A stretch of DNA of 64,000 nucleotides from Acidobacteriota bacterium (GCA_963666055.2 CAXWPH010000015.1:224001-288000), one strand, 5' to 3'; shown: positions 37,335-49,436, numbered from the stretch's first letter. Notes: a model not told the origin generated them from the sequence alone. Program-made: numbers and translations.

Positions 37335-39995
37335 GTGAGCCGATTGCTGTTTCGCCTCCTGGTGGCGCTGTATCCGCGCGGCGTTCGACGCGATTACGGC
37401 GCCGCCATGCTCGAAACGCTGCATCAGCGCCTCGCCGAGCGCTTGGCGCGTCCGATTCGGCAGCGGCGCCTCGTCTTCGTAATTCGCGAGTCGGCCGGGT
37501 TGCTCACTGGCGCCGCGCGGCAGTGGGCCGATGCGCTATGGCGCGGCATTCTCCCAACCAGCGCTCACCGTTCCCCAAGGATCGTGCGTGTCATGTTCGG
37601 CTTTCCGCAGGACCTCCGATATGCGTTCCGAGACCTGCTCGGCAACGCTTCGTTTTCCGTCGTTGCCATCGTTACCATTGCGCTCGGGGTGGGCGCTAAC
37701 ACGGCGATCTTCAGCGTTGTCAACGCGGTCTTGCTGCAGCCTCTACCCTACGCCGAGCCCGATCGTCTGGTCCGCATCTGGCCCGGCGAAAACGTCACCA
37801 AAGCGCTCCATCAGCGGCTGCAGAAGGAGTCGACCGTCTACATCGACACCACAGTCTGGTCGGGCTGGGGCTTCACCATAACCGGCGTCGAAGAGTCCGA
37901 GTCGGTCTCCGGTGGCGTGGTGGCCACCAACCACTTCGACGTGCTCGGCGAGCAACCTTTGCTCGGCCGTTCGTTCCGTGCCGAGGAATCGATTCCCGGC
38001 AATCACGACGTGGTGGTGCTCAGCCACGGCCTGTGGCAACGGCGATTCAGCGCCGATCCCGACATCGTCGGTCGGAGAGTGGACATTGGCAACGAACACG
38101 CCACATCCCGGCGCGTGATCGGGGTGATGGGCGCCGATCAGCGGCCCCTGGGCGAGGAGTGGGAGCTCTGGACGCCGCTGCCGATCGACCCTGGCCGGGA
38201 GGACGACTACTACCACTCGTGGTACTTGCAGGCAGGAGGTCGGTTGAGGCCGCAGGCAAGCGTTGCCGAGGCGTCGGCCGAGCTCGCCGCGTTGCTCGTT
38301 CGGCTCAGAGCCGACGAGCGGTTGGGCCTGGACCGAAAGGATGATCTGCCGCTGGCGCGCGTCGTCGGACTGCACGAGCACACGGTGGGATCGGTGCGCA
38401 CGACGCTGTTGGTACTGCTGGGCGGAGTCGCCCTGGTGCTGCTTGTCGCGTGCACCAACGTTGCCAATCTGCTGCTGGCTCGTTCGGCAGCTCGTCGCCG
38501 CGAGCTCGCCGTACGCGCGGCGCTAGGCGCCGGACGCGGGCGCCTACTGGCGCAATTGCTCACCGAGTCCGGGCTTCTGGGTATGGTCGGGGGAGCGACG
38601 GGGGTGCTGTTGGCCACCCAGCTCGTCGGATTCGTAGCGCGGTGGATGCAGGGCACCTTGCCGAGGGCGGAGGCGATCACGGTGGACGTTGTGGTGCTCG
38701 CTTATGCCTTTTCCATATCCATCCTCGCGGGCCTCTTGTTCGGGGCTGTGCCCGCCTTTCGCACCATGAGCGGCGACTTACGAGAATCGCTCGGTGACGG
38801 AGCACCCGGTGGTGGAGGCAGCCTCGCGAGTATGCGCACGAACCAGGTCCTGGTGGTTGCGGAGGTGGCGCTGTCGTGTGTGCTCGTGGTGGCGGCGGCA
38901 TTATTGGTGCGCAGCCTGACGCAGCTGTGGGCGGTGCCGGCGGGATTCGATGCTCGCGATGTGGTGACCATGCGCGTCACCGCTCCGGGCTCGCGCTACC
39001 CCGAGGGCCCGCAGCAGCGCCAGTACTGGGCGCAGGTGATGGAACGGATTGCCGCCGCTCCGGGCGTGGAGAAAACCGGCGCGATCCACCTCTTGCCGCT
39101 TGACGCCGGTAACTGGAGCTTTTCGTTTTTGGCCGAGGGACAAGAGGCGGAGGAGGGGCACCCCTTGCCGGTGGCCAACTTCCGTGTGGTGGCGGCGGAC
39201 TACTTCCACACCATGGCCATCCCGCTGGTCGACGGCCGGTTGTTTGACGAGCGTGACGGACCTGATTCTGCGGACGTGGTGATCATCAACCAGCGCTTTG
39301 CCGATCAGTACTGGCCGGGCGAGTCGGCGATCGGCAAGAACGTGGCGCTGTTCGGCAACCAGAACCGCGAGGTGGTGGGTGTGGTTGGCGACGTACGCCA
39401 GCTGCGGCTCCACTGGCCGGCGTTGGTGAGTGTGTATCGGCCGACTGGCCAACATCCGCTGGCCAGCATGGTGGTGGCAGTACGCTTGCAACCGGGAGCC
39501 GCCATCGCGCCGGTGTTGCAGGCGATTCGATTGCTGGATCCGCAGGTGCCGATCTCCGGCATCCAGAGCATGCGTGAGGTGATGGGCGGCTCGCTTGGCC
39601 GGGAGCACTTTTCCGCCTGGTTGCTGAGCGGTTTCGCGGCCTTGGCGTTGGCGCTCGGAGCGGTAGGCGTGTACGGCGTCATGTCCTACGTGGTCAGCTG
39701 TCGTACCCGTGAGATCGGCATCCGCGTGGCGCTCGGGGCGCCGGCGGGCACCGTGGTTCGGGACGTCATGGTTGGTGGGATGGGGCCGGTGTTGATCGGC
39801 GTCGTTGTGGGGCTCGGCGCAGCGCTTCTTGCCAGCCGGCTGCTGGCGAGCATGCTCTTCGGCGTCGAGCCCAACGACCCGGCGATCTATGCTGCGGTGG
39901 GGGCCACGATGCTGCTTACCGCTTTGCTTGCCGGTGTCCTCCCGGCCCGGCGGGCGGCGCGCGTCGATCCAATTGTTGCGCTACGCGCCGACTGA
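37335..39995 (+). CDS. ADOP-type duplicated ABC permease (MacB/FtsX x2)
   Basis: [64 protein letters not shown]. Confidence 0.93.
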   Translation: MSRLLFRLLVALYPRGVRRDYGAAMLETLHQRLAERLARPIRQRRLVFVIRESAGLLTGAARQWADALWRGILPTSAHRSPRIVRVMFGFPQDLRYAFRDLLGNASFSVVAIVTIALGVGANTAIFSVVNAVLLQPLPYAEPDRLVRIWPGENVTKALHQRLQKESTVYIDTTVWSGWGFTITGVEESESVSGGVVATNHFDVLGEQPLLGRSFRAEESIPGNHDVVVLSHGLWQRRFSADPDIVGRRVDIGNEHATSRRVIGVMGADQRPLGEEWELWTPLPIDPGREDDYYHSWYLQAGGRLRPQASVAEASAELAALLVRLRADERLGLDRKDDLPLARVVGLHEHTVGSVRTTLLVLLGGVALVLLVACTNVANLLLARSAARRRELAVRAALGAGRGRLLAQLLTESGLLGMVGGATGVLLATQLVGFVARWMQGTLPRAEAITVDVVVLAYAFSISILAGLLFGAVPAFRTMSGDLRESLGDGAPGGGGSLASMRTNQVLVVAEVALSCVLVVAAALLVRSLTQLWAVPAGFDARDVVTMRVTAPGSRYPEGPQQRQYWAQVMERIAAAPGVEKTGAIHLLPLDAGNWSFSFLAEGQEAEEGHPLPVANFRVVAADYFHTMAIPLVDGRLFDERDGPDSADVVIINQRFADQYWPGESAIGKNVALFGNQNREVVGVVGDVRQLRLHWPALVSVYRPTGQHPLASMVVAVRLQPGAAIAPVLQAIRLLDPQVPISGIQSMREVMGGSLGREHFSAWLLSGFAALALALGAVGVYGVMSYVVSCRTREIGIRVALGAPAGTVVRDVMVGGMGPVLIGVVVGLGAALLASRLLASMLFGVEPNDPAIYAAVGATMLLTALLAGVLPARRAARVDPIVALRAD

Positions 39996-40070
39996 TCGAC
40001 CGTAGCCCTCGGGTGCGCTTTCGTGACAGACTTGCCGCGTCGCCAGATCGCCCCACTACGGAAGACGACG

Positions 40071-41388
40071 ATGGCATGGAAACCAGTTGCCCCGATTGCC
40101 GCGGTGCTCGCGTTGAGCGCCATGGTCGGCGTCGACGCCGCCGGCCCGACTGTGGCTCGCGGGACGTCGGCCGCGGACGAAGTGCAGATGATCCCGGTGG
40201 AAGGCGAGGCGGCGCGCTACTGGACCCGCTGGCGCGGGCCATCGGGACAGGGTCTGGTCACCGGAGGCGGCTACGTCGACACCTGGTCGGACACCGACAA
40301 CGTGCTATGGAAGGTCGCTGTTCCGGGGCGCGGCAACTCTTCGCCGATCGTGTGGGACGATCGGATCTTCCTAACCAGCGCCACCGAGCGCGGAGCGCGG
40401 GTGGCCTTGCTGGCGTTCGATCGCAGCGACGGTCGTCTGCTGTGGGAGGCGGCGCCGGCGCGCGCGCCGGTGGAACGCGCGCACGAAAAGAACGGCCACG
40501 CGTCGGGGACGCCGGCCACCGACGGCGAGCGCGTCTATGCCTACCTGGGCAACCATGGCCTGATAGCGACCGACATGCGAGGGGAGATCGTCTGGCATCG
40601 CGACTTCGGCCAGATCCACGCATCGCACGGTACGGCGGGCTCCGTCCTCCTGTACCGCGATCAGGTGATCTTCTACCAGGACATGCAGCGCGGGTCGCAG
40701 GTGCGTTCGTTCATTGCCGCGTTGGATGCGCGCAGCGGCGAGACCGTGTGGTGGACGGACCGGAAAGAGGACACCGGCTGGGGAACGCCTATCGCCATCC
40801 GTGTCGGCGACCACGACGAGATCGTGGTCAGCAGTCAGTACATGGTCTACGGTTACTCGGCGAGCACCGGAGAGCAGCTCTGGAACGCCGGTGGCAACCT
40901 GTTCGAGGTCATTCCGACCCCCGTGGTCGGGCACGGTCTGGTGTTCTCCTCGTCGGGACGTGCCGGGCCGACGCTGGCGATCCGGCCGGGCGGGCGGGGC
41001 GACGTCACCGAGAGCCACGTGGCCTGGAGCAGCCCCAAAGGGTCGCCGTTCGTCCCCTCGACTCTGCTGTACGGCGAGAACCTCTACATGATCAACGACA
41101 TTGCTTCGGTGCTGACCGCCTACCACGCTCCCAGCGGAGAGGTTCTGTACCAGGGGCGGCTGGGGGCGGGCGCAGCGCGAGAGCTTCTCGGCATCGCCGG
41201 TGGTATTCGACGACAAGGTGTTCTTCACCAACGACGCCGGCGAGACGTTCGTGCTGGCGGCGGGCGACGAGTTCAGGCTGCTGCACGTGAACCGGATCGG
41301 GGAGCGCACGCTGGCGTCGCCGGCGCTCGTCGACGGACGGTGGTACGTGCGCACCGAGCGACACCTCCTGGCGCTGGGCGGCGCCTAG
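40071..41388 (+). CDS. PQQ-like beta-propeller protein; one frameshift at about 41162-41166
   Basis: WTRWRGP, GNSSPIVW, ASGTPATDG; removing one G restores LGRAQRESFSASPVVFDDKV...RTERHL. Confidence 0.85.
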
Positions 41389-41486
41389 CAGGCCACACTT
41401 TCACCACGGCCTGCTAGCGTCCCATCTTGTATCTGACCCTAACTCGCCGTAGCCAGGCCAGCCAAACTTGCACCGCGGCCTGCTGG
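41385..41486. repeat. CTAG element: 33-bp mini copy (41385-41417) plus right-arm copy (about 41424-41486)
   Basis: ctagcaggccacactttcaccacggcctgctag, then atctgaccctaactcgccgtagccagg...cggcctgctgg matching the right arm of 49160-49436. Confidence 0.8.
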
Positions 41487-41614
41487 TGGACCGACCGGCC
41501 GCGAACTGGTAGCGTCAGTGACGCTCCGGGTCTCCCCCAACAAGACGTCCGCTTTCCGGGTTCAGGGTTAGCAGGCCGACGTGCCAGCAGCGCAGATCCC
41601 GCCCTCTTCGTTGA

Positions 41615-43409
41615 TCATGATGACGAACGAGGGGCGTCGTGGAACTGTGAACGGTACAGATTTGCATAAAGCCCGTCACCCGCCAGCAGTTCGGCGTGGC
41701 GGCCGATCTCAGCGATGCGCCCATCGTCCATTACGACGATGACGTCGGCTCGCACCACCGTTGACAACCGATGCGCGATGACGATCGACGTGCGTCCTTG
41801 CAACAGGGTCCCGAGGGCCTGCTGAATGAGCGCCTCGGTTTCCGAGTCGAGCGACGAGGTGGCCTCGTCGAGGATCAGGATCTCCGGGTCACGAAGGATC
41901 TCTCTCGCGATCGCCAGGCGCTGACGCTGTCCGCCCGAAAGCCTCACGCCACGCTCACCGATGAGCGTATCGAACTGGTCGGGCATGCGCTCGATGAACT
42001 CGAGCGCGTTTGCGGCACGCGCCGCCTCGCGGATGCGCTCGATCGTGGCGCCCTTGGTGCCGTACGCGATGTTGTCGCCGACGCTCCGATCGAACAAGAA
42101 GATCTCCTGCGGCACCAGCCCGACGTGGCCTCGATACCAGCGCAGGTCGAGCTCACGCAAGTCGTGGCCGTCGATGCGCACGGTGCCGTGGGTCGGATCG
42201 TAGAAACGCGGCACGAGGCTGGCGAGGGTCGTCTTACCGGCTCCCGATCGTCCAACCACGGCTACCATGGTGCGCGCCTCGACCTCCAGATCGAGGCGTC
42301 GTAGCACCGGTTGGCCCGCCAGATACTCGAACTCCACCTGGTCAAACGTGATCGTGCCCGCGATTCGGTCGGGTCGCCGTCCGTCAGGTGGCGAGACGAT
42401 CTCCGGCGCGGTGTCGAGCACCTCGTAGATGCGCTCCAGCGAAGCTAGCGAGCGCTGCAACCGCGGATTCAAGCGCGTCAGTCGGCCGACCGCGCCGAAC
42501 ATCTGCATCCGGTACATGAAGAATGCGAACAGGCCTCCGACGGTGAAGTCGCTGGTGACGATCAGGTAGACACCGCCAAGCACGATGATCGTCGGCGCCA
42601 CGCCGCCAATTAGACTGAACACGTTGTTGGTCCACAACGAGAACATGTCGCGCCGCACTTGCGCTCGCACGCTGGCGTGCAGCACGTGCATGAAGCGCAG
42701 CGACTCGCGTCGCTCCGATGCCGTCGCCTGTACCAGTTGATGGCCTGAGAGCGACTGATGCAGCGACTGGCTGACGATCGTCCATTGCTGGCGCGTTGTC
42801 TTCGAAAGCAGTCGCAGGCGCGGCGAGATGAGGAACTGAAAACCGAAGATCACCACGGCCAGCAGCAGGCCGCCGCTCGCCATGCGCCACTCGATGTAGA
42901 AGAGCATGACCATGTAGCCGAGGCCGCGAATGACGTCGACAGCGCCGCGGGCGAAGGTGTCGGCCATGACGCCCTCGAGGTTGTCGACGTCGTCCATCTG
43001 GCGCGACATCAGCCAGCCGGTCTCCTTGTCGTTTGTAGTACCGCAGCGACAGGGCCTGCATGTGGAGGTAAAGGCTGACCCGCAGGTCGCGGAGGACCTT
43101 GTTGTGGAGCAGTGCGGCGGCGTAGCCGATGCCGAGCCCGAGCAGCACGCTCAGGGCGGTCATGGCGATCAGCACGAGGCCCCAGAAGAGCACCTCGTCG
43201 GGGCTCGATCGCTCGACCGCATCGTCCACCACGCGGCGCACGATGAGCGGCGATACGAGCGACAGCGGCGTGCTCAACAGCAACAGGCCGAAGATCGTCC
43301 ATGCGTACCTGCGGTGCGGACGCACCCACGGCCAAAACCGCGCTACCAGTGGCCAGGCGCGGAGCTTGGTATCTTCCGCGGTTCGTGCTGCCGACGGCGC
43401 CTCGGTCAT
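41615..43409 (-). CDS. MsbA-like ABC exporter (permease + ATPase); one frameshift at about 43032-43034
   Basis: GRSGAGKTT, LSGGQRQR, ILDEATSSLD, IAHRLST; removing one base gives YYNDKETGWLMSR. Confidence 0.88.
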
Positions 43410-43533
43410 GCGGCGACCATAACAGCCGGGCTCATTGCGGCGCTGTCGGTCGCCGCAGCACGGCGCCACGGAGCGTCGATGCGCCCGTGTGCCTTATGCT
43501 GTAGAAACGTTCCACCACAGGAGTGTTGTTACC

Positions 43534-44511
43534 GTGACGAGTCGACGACCGGGTTCGAGCTCTTGGTTCCTGCGGGGGGCGGGTGCCCTGGCCCTGGTCT
43601 TGATCGCCGCCGCGTTGGTGCCCGCGGCCCAATCGGAGGACACGCGCGAGCGCATGGCGCGTGCCGCTCAGCTGGCGCAGGCGGACCGACTACCGGACGC
43701 GTTGGCGGAGCTCGATGCGGCAATCGCGGCCGAGCCGAATTGGTGGGAAGCTCACTATCAGCGAGGGCGCACACTGGGATTGATGGGCCAGCTGAGCGAG
43801 GCGGTGAGCTCGCTGTTGCGCGCTGCTGAGCTGAATCCAGGGGCACCGCACGTGCACCAGCTCGCAGCGGTCGCCGCCTGGGGTGCGGGCGATAGCGAGG
43901 TCGCCTGGGATCAGGTCATCCTCGCCTACCTCTCGGGCGGCGATGTCACCTCCCAAATCCAGCGAATGGCACAAGCGGGGCCGCCACCCGACGATTTCCA
44001 GGAACGCGTCATGGCGCCGCGCGTCTACGTGCCGGAGTTGGATCTTACCGAGATCGAAACTCGTGCCGAGGGGCCCTTTGATCGCAACGTCATGGCGCGG
44101 GGTAACACGCCTTCGCCCACCGGCCTACCGGTGAACGAAAATCGTAGCGGCATACCGGCCGGGATTCTCGGCCGCGAGCTGGTGCAGGAGACCCTGGCGG
44201 ACCTGCGCAGTGTGGAGCGGCAGTTCCGCGAATCGATCGCCGACTCGCGCGCCTATGGTCTCGTCGTCGATCCGGAGCTTGCCGAGTACGAGCTACGTAT
44301 CGCGGTCGACGAGCTCGCCGAGCGCCCCCCACGAGCGATGTCGGGCTACCTCGAGCTGGTAGCGCGCGAAAGCGGGGTGGTGGGCTACCGACGCCATATC
44401 GAGCTCGCCGACATCGCTGCCGGTGGCGTGTTGCGCGGCGAGGTAGAGCTCATCGTCGACGAGCTCGAGTCGTGGCTGAGGAAGATACGAGCGGAGCAGG
44501 ATCAAGGCTGA
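43534..44511 (+). CDS. Exported TPR protein, paralog-like to 25343-26158
   Basis: Signal peptide; AHYQRG...LRAAELNPG...AWDQ...PPDDFQERVMAPRV parallels FLRAAELNPG...AWTH...PADLTRRLAAPGV. Confidence 0.78.
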   Translation: MTSRRPGSSSWFLRGAGALALVLIAAALVPAAQSEDTRERMARAAQLAQADRLPDALAELDAAIAAEPNWWEAHYQRGRTLGLMGQLSEAVSSLLRAAELNPGAPHVHQLAAVAAWGAGDSEVAWDQVILAYLSGGDVTSQIQRMAQAGPPPDDFQERVMAPRVYVPELDLTEIETRAEGPFDRNVMARGNTPSPTGLPVNENRSGIPAGILGRELVQETLADLRSVERQFRESIADSRAYGLVVDPELAEYELRIAVDELAERPPRAMSGYLELVARESGVVGYRRHIELADIAAGGVLRGEVELIVDELESWLRKIRAEQDQG

Positions 44512-44563
44512 CTCTACGAGCTCGTCGACCGATCGTCCTCGCGGATACACGCCCTGCCGAAGC

Positions 44564-45433
44564 CTAGCGAAACCGCAGGCTGACCCCCACCATCGCCGTC
44601 CAGTCTGTGGCGGCTGCCGTGACGCCGCGAATCGCCGACAGGTCGAGCTGTAGATCCGGGCTCACTACCCAACTCACTCCGCTGTCGACGAACACCGCCG
44701 AGTCGCCGTTTATGGCATCGGGGGTGGTCGCGGCCACCTCGATGAAACCACCCCAGTCGTCGGCCAGCGCGAAGCCGAGCACGCCGGCGAAGAAACCCTG
44801 CGCGAACCGACCCTCGAGGCCATCGTCGAATGCGGAAACCACGCCGGCATTGAGCGAGATGCTCGCCGAGCCGCTCACCGGCAGATCAGCCGACAGTAGG
44901 GCCGCCGGTTGAAGCTGGCCGGGGCGAAGCGCCGGGCTGCCGATCGGTAGGGCGGTTGACAGCAACAGCGCCAGCGTCGGGCCGGTGCTCTCGGTCAGTT
45001 GCCACTTGGCTTCGACGGTGGGCGCAGCGACGCCCTCGGTAGTGGTCCGGGGCACGTCGGCGCTGCTCTCGCGAGTCACCACCAGCCCACTCGTCTTCAG
45101 CCGCATCTCGAGGCGATCCGACACGCCGTATCGCAGCACCAGCGGCGTGCTGAGGCCTTTCGACCGGTGATTACCCCGGCGAGACCAGTCGATGGCAATG
45201 CCGCTCTCGATCTGCAAGATACCGGTCCCCACGACGTAGGGACCGCACCAGAAACCGGGACGGTCGGTGCTCAGTGCCTCGACGATGGCGCTGCGCCGCG
45301 GCTCATCCTCCGCCGACTCGTCGGCTTGCTGGGCCGCCGCGATGCCAGGAGCGATCGCCACCGCAACTGCGACCAACAAGACGCGGGCCGGGCTCGGCAC
45401 GAGGGAAAGAGAATCCGCAGGCATGGCCAGCAA
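44564..45433 (-). CDS. Outer-membrane transporter-like protein (Phenol_MetA_deg-like)
   Basis: LSTDRPG, GILQIESG, LRYGVSDRLE, LQLD, C-terminal SLRFR. Confidence 0.75.
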   Translation of the reverse strand: MLAMPADSLSLVPSPARVLLVAVAVAIAPGIAAAQQADESAEDEPRRSAIVEALSTDRPGFWCGPYVVGTGILQIESGIAIDWSRRGNHRSKGLSTPLVLRYGVSDRLEMRLKTSGLVVTRESSADVPRTTTEGVAAPTVEAKWQLTESTGPTLALLLSTALPIGSPALRPGQLQPAALLSADLPVSGSASISLNAGVVSAFDDGLEGRFAQGFFAGVLGFALADDWGGFIEVAATTPDAINGDSAVFVDSGVSWVVSPDLQLDLSAIRGVTAAATDWTAMVGVSLRFR

Positions 45434-45698
45434 TTATACTCACTATCGACGTAAACTACTGATTCTAAGTGGCTTACATGTCTTCATAGTTAGACCGCGC
45501 GATTCTTATGCCTGCGTGGCGCCTGCCGGGGCTAATGCAACACCGATGAACATAGACCAGCGATCTAGAAGTGCCGTAAATTCCTCTATAACCAGTAAAA
45601 AGGATTTTAGTAGTCTATATACTTGTTAAACTACTCTTATACATTGTTATACTTATAAATACATACTAATACTTATAATCAGATAGCATGAATAAACT

Positions 45699-46124
45699 TT
45701 GAGTACGTTCGACACGTCAAAGACAAAACTGCTTCTTGGCTTCTCCTCTACCATCGGAGCCAGCCTTGTGGTTTTTCTGCTCTGCATCGCGTTCGCCGCT
45801 GTGTTTCCGAGACCTCAGGCCGTCCTTGCTAGAACCGTCGTCGATTCGGAGCAAGACAAGGCGGTGCGGATTTGTCGGCGGGCCATTGCGGCCTACCTAA
45901 AGCGTCCGATTCCGTCGGGCCTGCGGGGCGAGGACAAGCTCCGAGTTCTACCGGGAACTGGAACAGAGGTGCGAGGTCAGGTGGTCTGGACGAACCCGCT
46001 CGGGTACTCCGTACAGACGAGCTACGTATGCAGGATCCAGAAGCAGGAGCATTCCCTGTCGTTGGCGAAGCTGGTAATCACCACCAACCGTCAGCTAGCT
46101 CTACGTCCACCCTGGCCTCGGTGA
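45699..46124 (+). CDS. Hypothetical protein with N-terminal TM/signal segment
   Basis: 141-aa ORF, hydrophobic N-terminus, two Cys, NPLGYSVQTSYVC. Confidence 0.55.
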   Translation: MSTFDTSKTKLLLGFSSTIGASLVVFLLCIAFAAVFPRPQAVLARTVVDSEQDKAVRICRRAIAAYLKRPIPSGLRGEDKLRVLPGTGTEVRGQVVWTNPLGYSVQTSYVCRIQKQEHSLSLAKLVITTNRQLALRPPWPR

Positions 46125-46206
46125 CCCAGAACGCAACCTGAGTCTCGCTGAGGCGCCGGGCGCGAGGTCGACGTGACGGCGCCTGCAGCGCGACAGGGCC
46201 GGCCGA

Positions 46207-47703
46207 TCAGATGTTCATCAACGCTTCGACATCGGGATCGAGCACCGGCGGCGGCGACGCGTAGGAGATGCCGAAGAAAAGTAGCAGCGAAACCAACAGC
46301 GCCAGCGTGCCGCCGTGAATATTGTGCGGCAGCGAGATGTTGAATACCTCGACCGAGAAGTTGATGATCAGGCTGGTGGCGATTGCGGTGTTGGCGGCGA
46401 ACGCCGTGGCGCGCTTCCAGTTGAACCCGATGGCCACGACGGGCACCAGCGCGGCCCCGAAGGTCCCCCAGCCGAAGGCGCCCAGCAGCGCCACCAGCCG
46501 CGCGTTCTGGAAGTGGGAGTAAAGAGCGAAGGCGGCGGCGACTATTCCGATCAACACCGTGCCGGTGCGCGCCCAGAACAGCTCGTGCTCCAGCGATCGA
46601 CCGCGCAGCGCATGGGGAATGTCGTGCACGATGGCTGCGGCGCCGATGTTCAGGAAGCCATCAGCCGTCGACATGATGGCCGCGAACAGCCCGGCGATGA
46701 CCACGCCGGCGAGCAGCGGATGGGCGTAGTTCTGCAGGAATTCCGGCGCCGCTGCGTCGGCGGTCGCGAGCTCCGGATGCGCTCCCTGCAGCACCAGCGC
46801 GCGCATCACCAGACCGATGCCGATCCACAACAGCGAAGCGACCATGTAGCCAAATACCGTGAGCGCCGGTACCCAGCGGTAGTCACGTAGCCGGCCGATC
46901 ATCATGCCCTTGGTGAGCAGATGCGGCTGGCCCGCCACGCCTACCGCGAACATGAACATCCACGACAGGCAACCGATCATGCCCAAGGTACCCCATGGAC
47001 CCGCGGCTTCAGGATCGTCAAGTGCGATCGTCTGCATTACTTCCGTGGGCCCACCCGGAAGCGCCACCCAGGCGGCGATGAACACAAGCACGGCCGCTAC
47101 GATCATCACGGAGCCCTGGAAGACGTCGGTGTAGACCGAAGCGAGAATCCCACCGGTGACGCAGTAGAACAGCAACACCGACAGCGATACCACCACACAG
47201 GCCACCAGGCCGACATCGGCGAACGTGTCGGTGCCCTGCAGGATGCTCTGCAGCACGGTCGCCATGGCGAGGATCTGCGTAGCCAGGTAGCCCATCACGC
47301 CGAGCAGGATCGCCAGTGCGGTAAGCAGCCGTGTGGTCTCGTTGCCGTATCGCGCCGCGACAGCGTCGGGGAGCGACACGGTGTCGAAGAAGCCGGCGAA
47401 CATGCGCAGCCGTTTGGCGATGAGAAAGTCGTTGACTCCCCAACCGGCCGCGGCGGTGAGCACGATCCATATCGAGGCGACGCCCATCGAATACACCAGC
47501 CCTGGGCCGCCGACGAAGCCGAAGCCGCTCATCGTGCTCGAGAAGATCGCCAAGCCGGTGACCGCAATACCGATGTTGCGGCCGGCCATGAAGAAATCAC
47601 GCGTTGATCGCGTGCGCCGCATGGCCCACAGGCCGACCCCGATACAGGCGCCCATGTAGATAACGACGAACCCGAGAACGATCTCGGTACGCAGCGCCTC
47701 CAT
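46207..47703 (-). CDS. Sodium:solute symporter (PutP/PanF-like)
   Basis: DFFMAGR, MSGFGFVGGPG, GGILASVYTD, AAIMSTAD. Confidence 0.92.
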   Translation of the reverse strand: MEALRTEIVLGFVVIYMGACIGVGLWAMRRTRSTRDFFMAGRNIGIAVTGLAIFSSTMSGFGFVGGPGLVYSMGVASIWIVLTAAAGWGVNDFLIAKRLRMFAGFFDTVSLPDAVAARYGNETTRLLTALAILLGVMGYLATQILAMATVLQSILQGTDTFADVGLVACVVVSLSVLLFYCVTGGILASVYTDVFQGSVMIVAAVLVFIAAWVALPGGPTEVMQTIALDDPEAAGPWGTLGMIGCLSWMFMFAVGVAGQPHLLTKGMMIGRLRDYRWVPALTVFGYMVASLLWIGIGLVMRALVLQGAHPELATADAAAPEFLQNYAHPLLAGVVIAGLFAAIMSTADGFLNIGAAAIVHDIPHALRGRSLEHELFWARTGTVLIGIVAAAFALYSHFQNARLVALLGAFGWGTFGAALVPVVAIGFNWKRATAFAANTAIATSLIINFSVEVFNISLPHNIHGGTLALLVSLLLFFGISYASPPPVLDPDVEALMNI

Positions 47704-48245
47704 CAGCTCGGCTCGGTGGCGCGGCTGTCGGACCTGCCGCGCGCCGCCAGCAGGCGCTCATACTCGGCTTCGTCTTCGGGGGTCAGCACCCAGCGATCGA
47801 AGCCGGCGACAAACGCCACTGTATACATCGCCGATAGCGGCCAGAAGCCCAGCATCACCAGTGCAGTCGACGCATGCATACCCAGAATCAGGACGCTTTC
47901 GGAGCCGGCGGCATAGCTCCGGTAGGTGAGCACGATCGATGTCCAGAGGACGAGTTGAACGCCGGTACAGAGCACGAGCGTCGGTAGGAACCCCCGCAGC
48001 GATGACTTCTTCCGGACCCCGAGCGCCATCAGGGCGGCGAAGAACAGCAACTGGAGCGTTCCGAAAACCCAGCCGAGCGCCAGCGTAGAGTCGTGTCGTG
48101 CAGCGCCATCGCCGCCCGCGAACATTGCCCCGACCCGAGGGTGGGCAACGTGCTCGGCGATCTCGGCACCCGGTGCGAGCAGGATTGCGCCGACGACCAA
48201 TGCGGTCAGCAGCAGCGCAGCGAAGGTCAGCTTGGGGAGGCTCAC
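47703..48245 (-). CDS. Membrane protein coupled to the symporter
   Basis: Four TM segments; TGATG overlap with the symporter start. Confidence 0.75.
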   Translation of the reverse strand: MSLPKLTFAALLLTALVVGAILLAPGAEIAEHVAHPRVGAMFAGGDGAARHDSTLALGWVFGTLQLLFFAALMALGVRKKSSLRGFLPTLVLCTGVQLVLWTSIVLTYRSYAAGSESVLILGMHASTALVMLGFWPLSAMYTVAFVAGFDRWVLTPEDEAEYERLLAARGRSDSRATEPS

Positions 48246-48357
48246 GTGTTGGCGACCGATCTCGAAAAGGGTGACGCTACGTTATGCTGCGCAATCCGCG
48301 CCGGCGGCAGCGGAGCATCGCGGTTCCGGCAGCCATCGTCAAGGGGGAAAATCAAGC

Positions 48358-49137
48358 GTGTCGACTCCATCGGATCTCGCCGACAAGCGGGTCATCATCA
48401 CTGCCGGGGCGTCCGGTATCGGCCGGGTAGTCGCCGAGCGCTTCGTGCAGGCCGGAGCGAAAGTGCACGTCTGCGATATCGACGCCGACGCCCTGGCCAC
48501 TGCCGCGCAAGAGCTTCCCGGGCTCGGAGTGACGCGCGCCGACGTGGCTGACGCGGATCAGGTAGCAGGTTTTTTTGAGCAGGCGGTGGCCGGGCTGGGC
48601 GGGCTCGACATCCTGGTGAACAACGCTGGCATCGCCGGGCCGGTGGCGCCAGTCGAGGAGGTTTCGATCGAGGACTGGCGCGCCACCCTTTCGGTGAACC
48701 TCGACGGCGCGTTCCATTGCGCCCGCCACGCCGTACCGCTGTTGAAGGCCGCCGGTGGCGGATCCATCGTCAACATGTCCTCGACCGCTGGCCTCTTCGG
48801 ATTTGTCCGGCGATCGCCCTACGTAGCGTCGAAGTGGGCGCTCATTGGCTTCACCAAGACGCTGGCCATGGAGCTCGGGCCGTACGGCATCCGGGTCAAC
48901 GCCATCTGCCCGGGTAGCGTCGAGGGCGAGCGCATCGACCGTGTTATCGCAGCAGAGGCAGCCGCTCGGGATGTCTCGGAGCGAGAGGTTCGAGAAGAAT
49001 GGAAGGCGCACATGTCGCTGCGCACCTTCGTGACGCCGGACGACGTCGCTGCGATGATCCTTTTTGTTTGTTCTGACGCCGGTGGCCGCGTTTCCGGACA
49101 GGCGCTTGCGGTCGATTGCCACACCGAGAGCAAGTAG
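48358..49137 (+). CDS. SDR-family oxidoreductase
   Basis: TAGASGIG, NNAGIAGP, YVASK, VNAICPG. Confidence 0.92.
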   Translation: MSTPSDLADKRVIITAGASGIGRVVAERFVQAGAKVHVCDIDADALATAAQELPGLGVTRADVADADQVAGFFEQAVAGLGGLDILVNNAGIAGPVAPVEEVSIEDWRATLSVNLDGAFHCARHAVPLLKAAGGGSIVNMSSTAGLFGFVRRSPYVASKWALIGFTKTLAMELGPYGIRVNAICPGSVEGERIDRVIAAEAAARDVSEREVREEWKAHMSLRTFVTPDDVAAMILFVCSDAGGRVSGQALAVDCHTESK

Positions 49138-49159
49138 CCTACGGCGGCCAGATAACACC

Positions 49160-49436
49160 CTAGCAGGCCGTGGTGAGAGTGTGGTGGGTCTGGCAACAGG
49201 GACTTGCGAAGTGGAGGCAAGGAGAGAGGAGGAGGCGATGGACCCGATCGTTGACGAGGAACGACGCAGCCTACGCGCGCAACCCCCTGTTGCCCGAAGG
49301 GTTACGGCGATTTGGGGCCATCTGCGGCGTTGGCCTTCCTCGACGATGGCTAGGGCATCGCCTGTGTCAGGCCGTCTTGCATCTGGCCCCAACTCGCCGT
49401 AACCAGACCCACCACACTTTCACCACGGCCGGCTAG
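49160..49436. repeat. CTAG-ended element, longest copy (277 bp)
   Basis: Same terminal repeats as 31778-31956 plus an internal arm bounded by ggttacggcga.ttggggcca / tggccccaactcgccgtaacc. Confidence 0.9.

Noticed and set aside
36948-39995. PadR-ADOP pair as a novel system
   Set aside because: Already described as a common acidobacterial pairing
45430-45700. oriC or dif site
   Set aside because: No TTATCCACA boxes or dnaA context; only a partial tgttaaa match to the XerD arm
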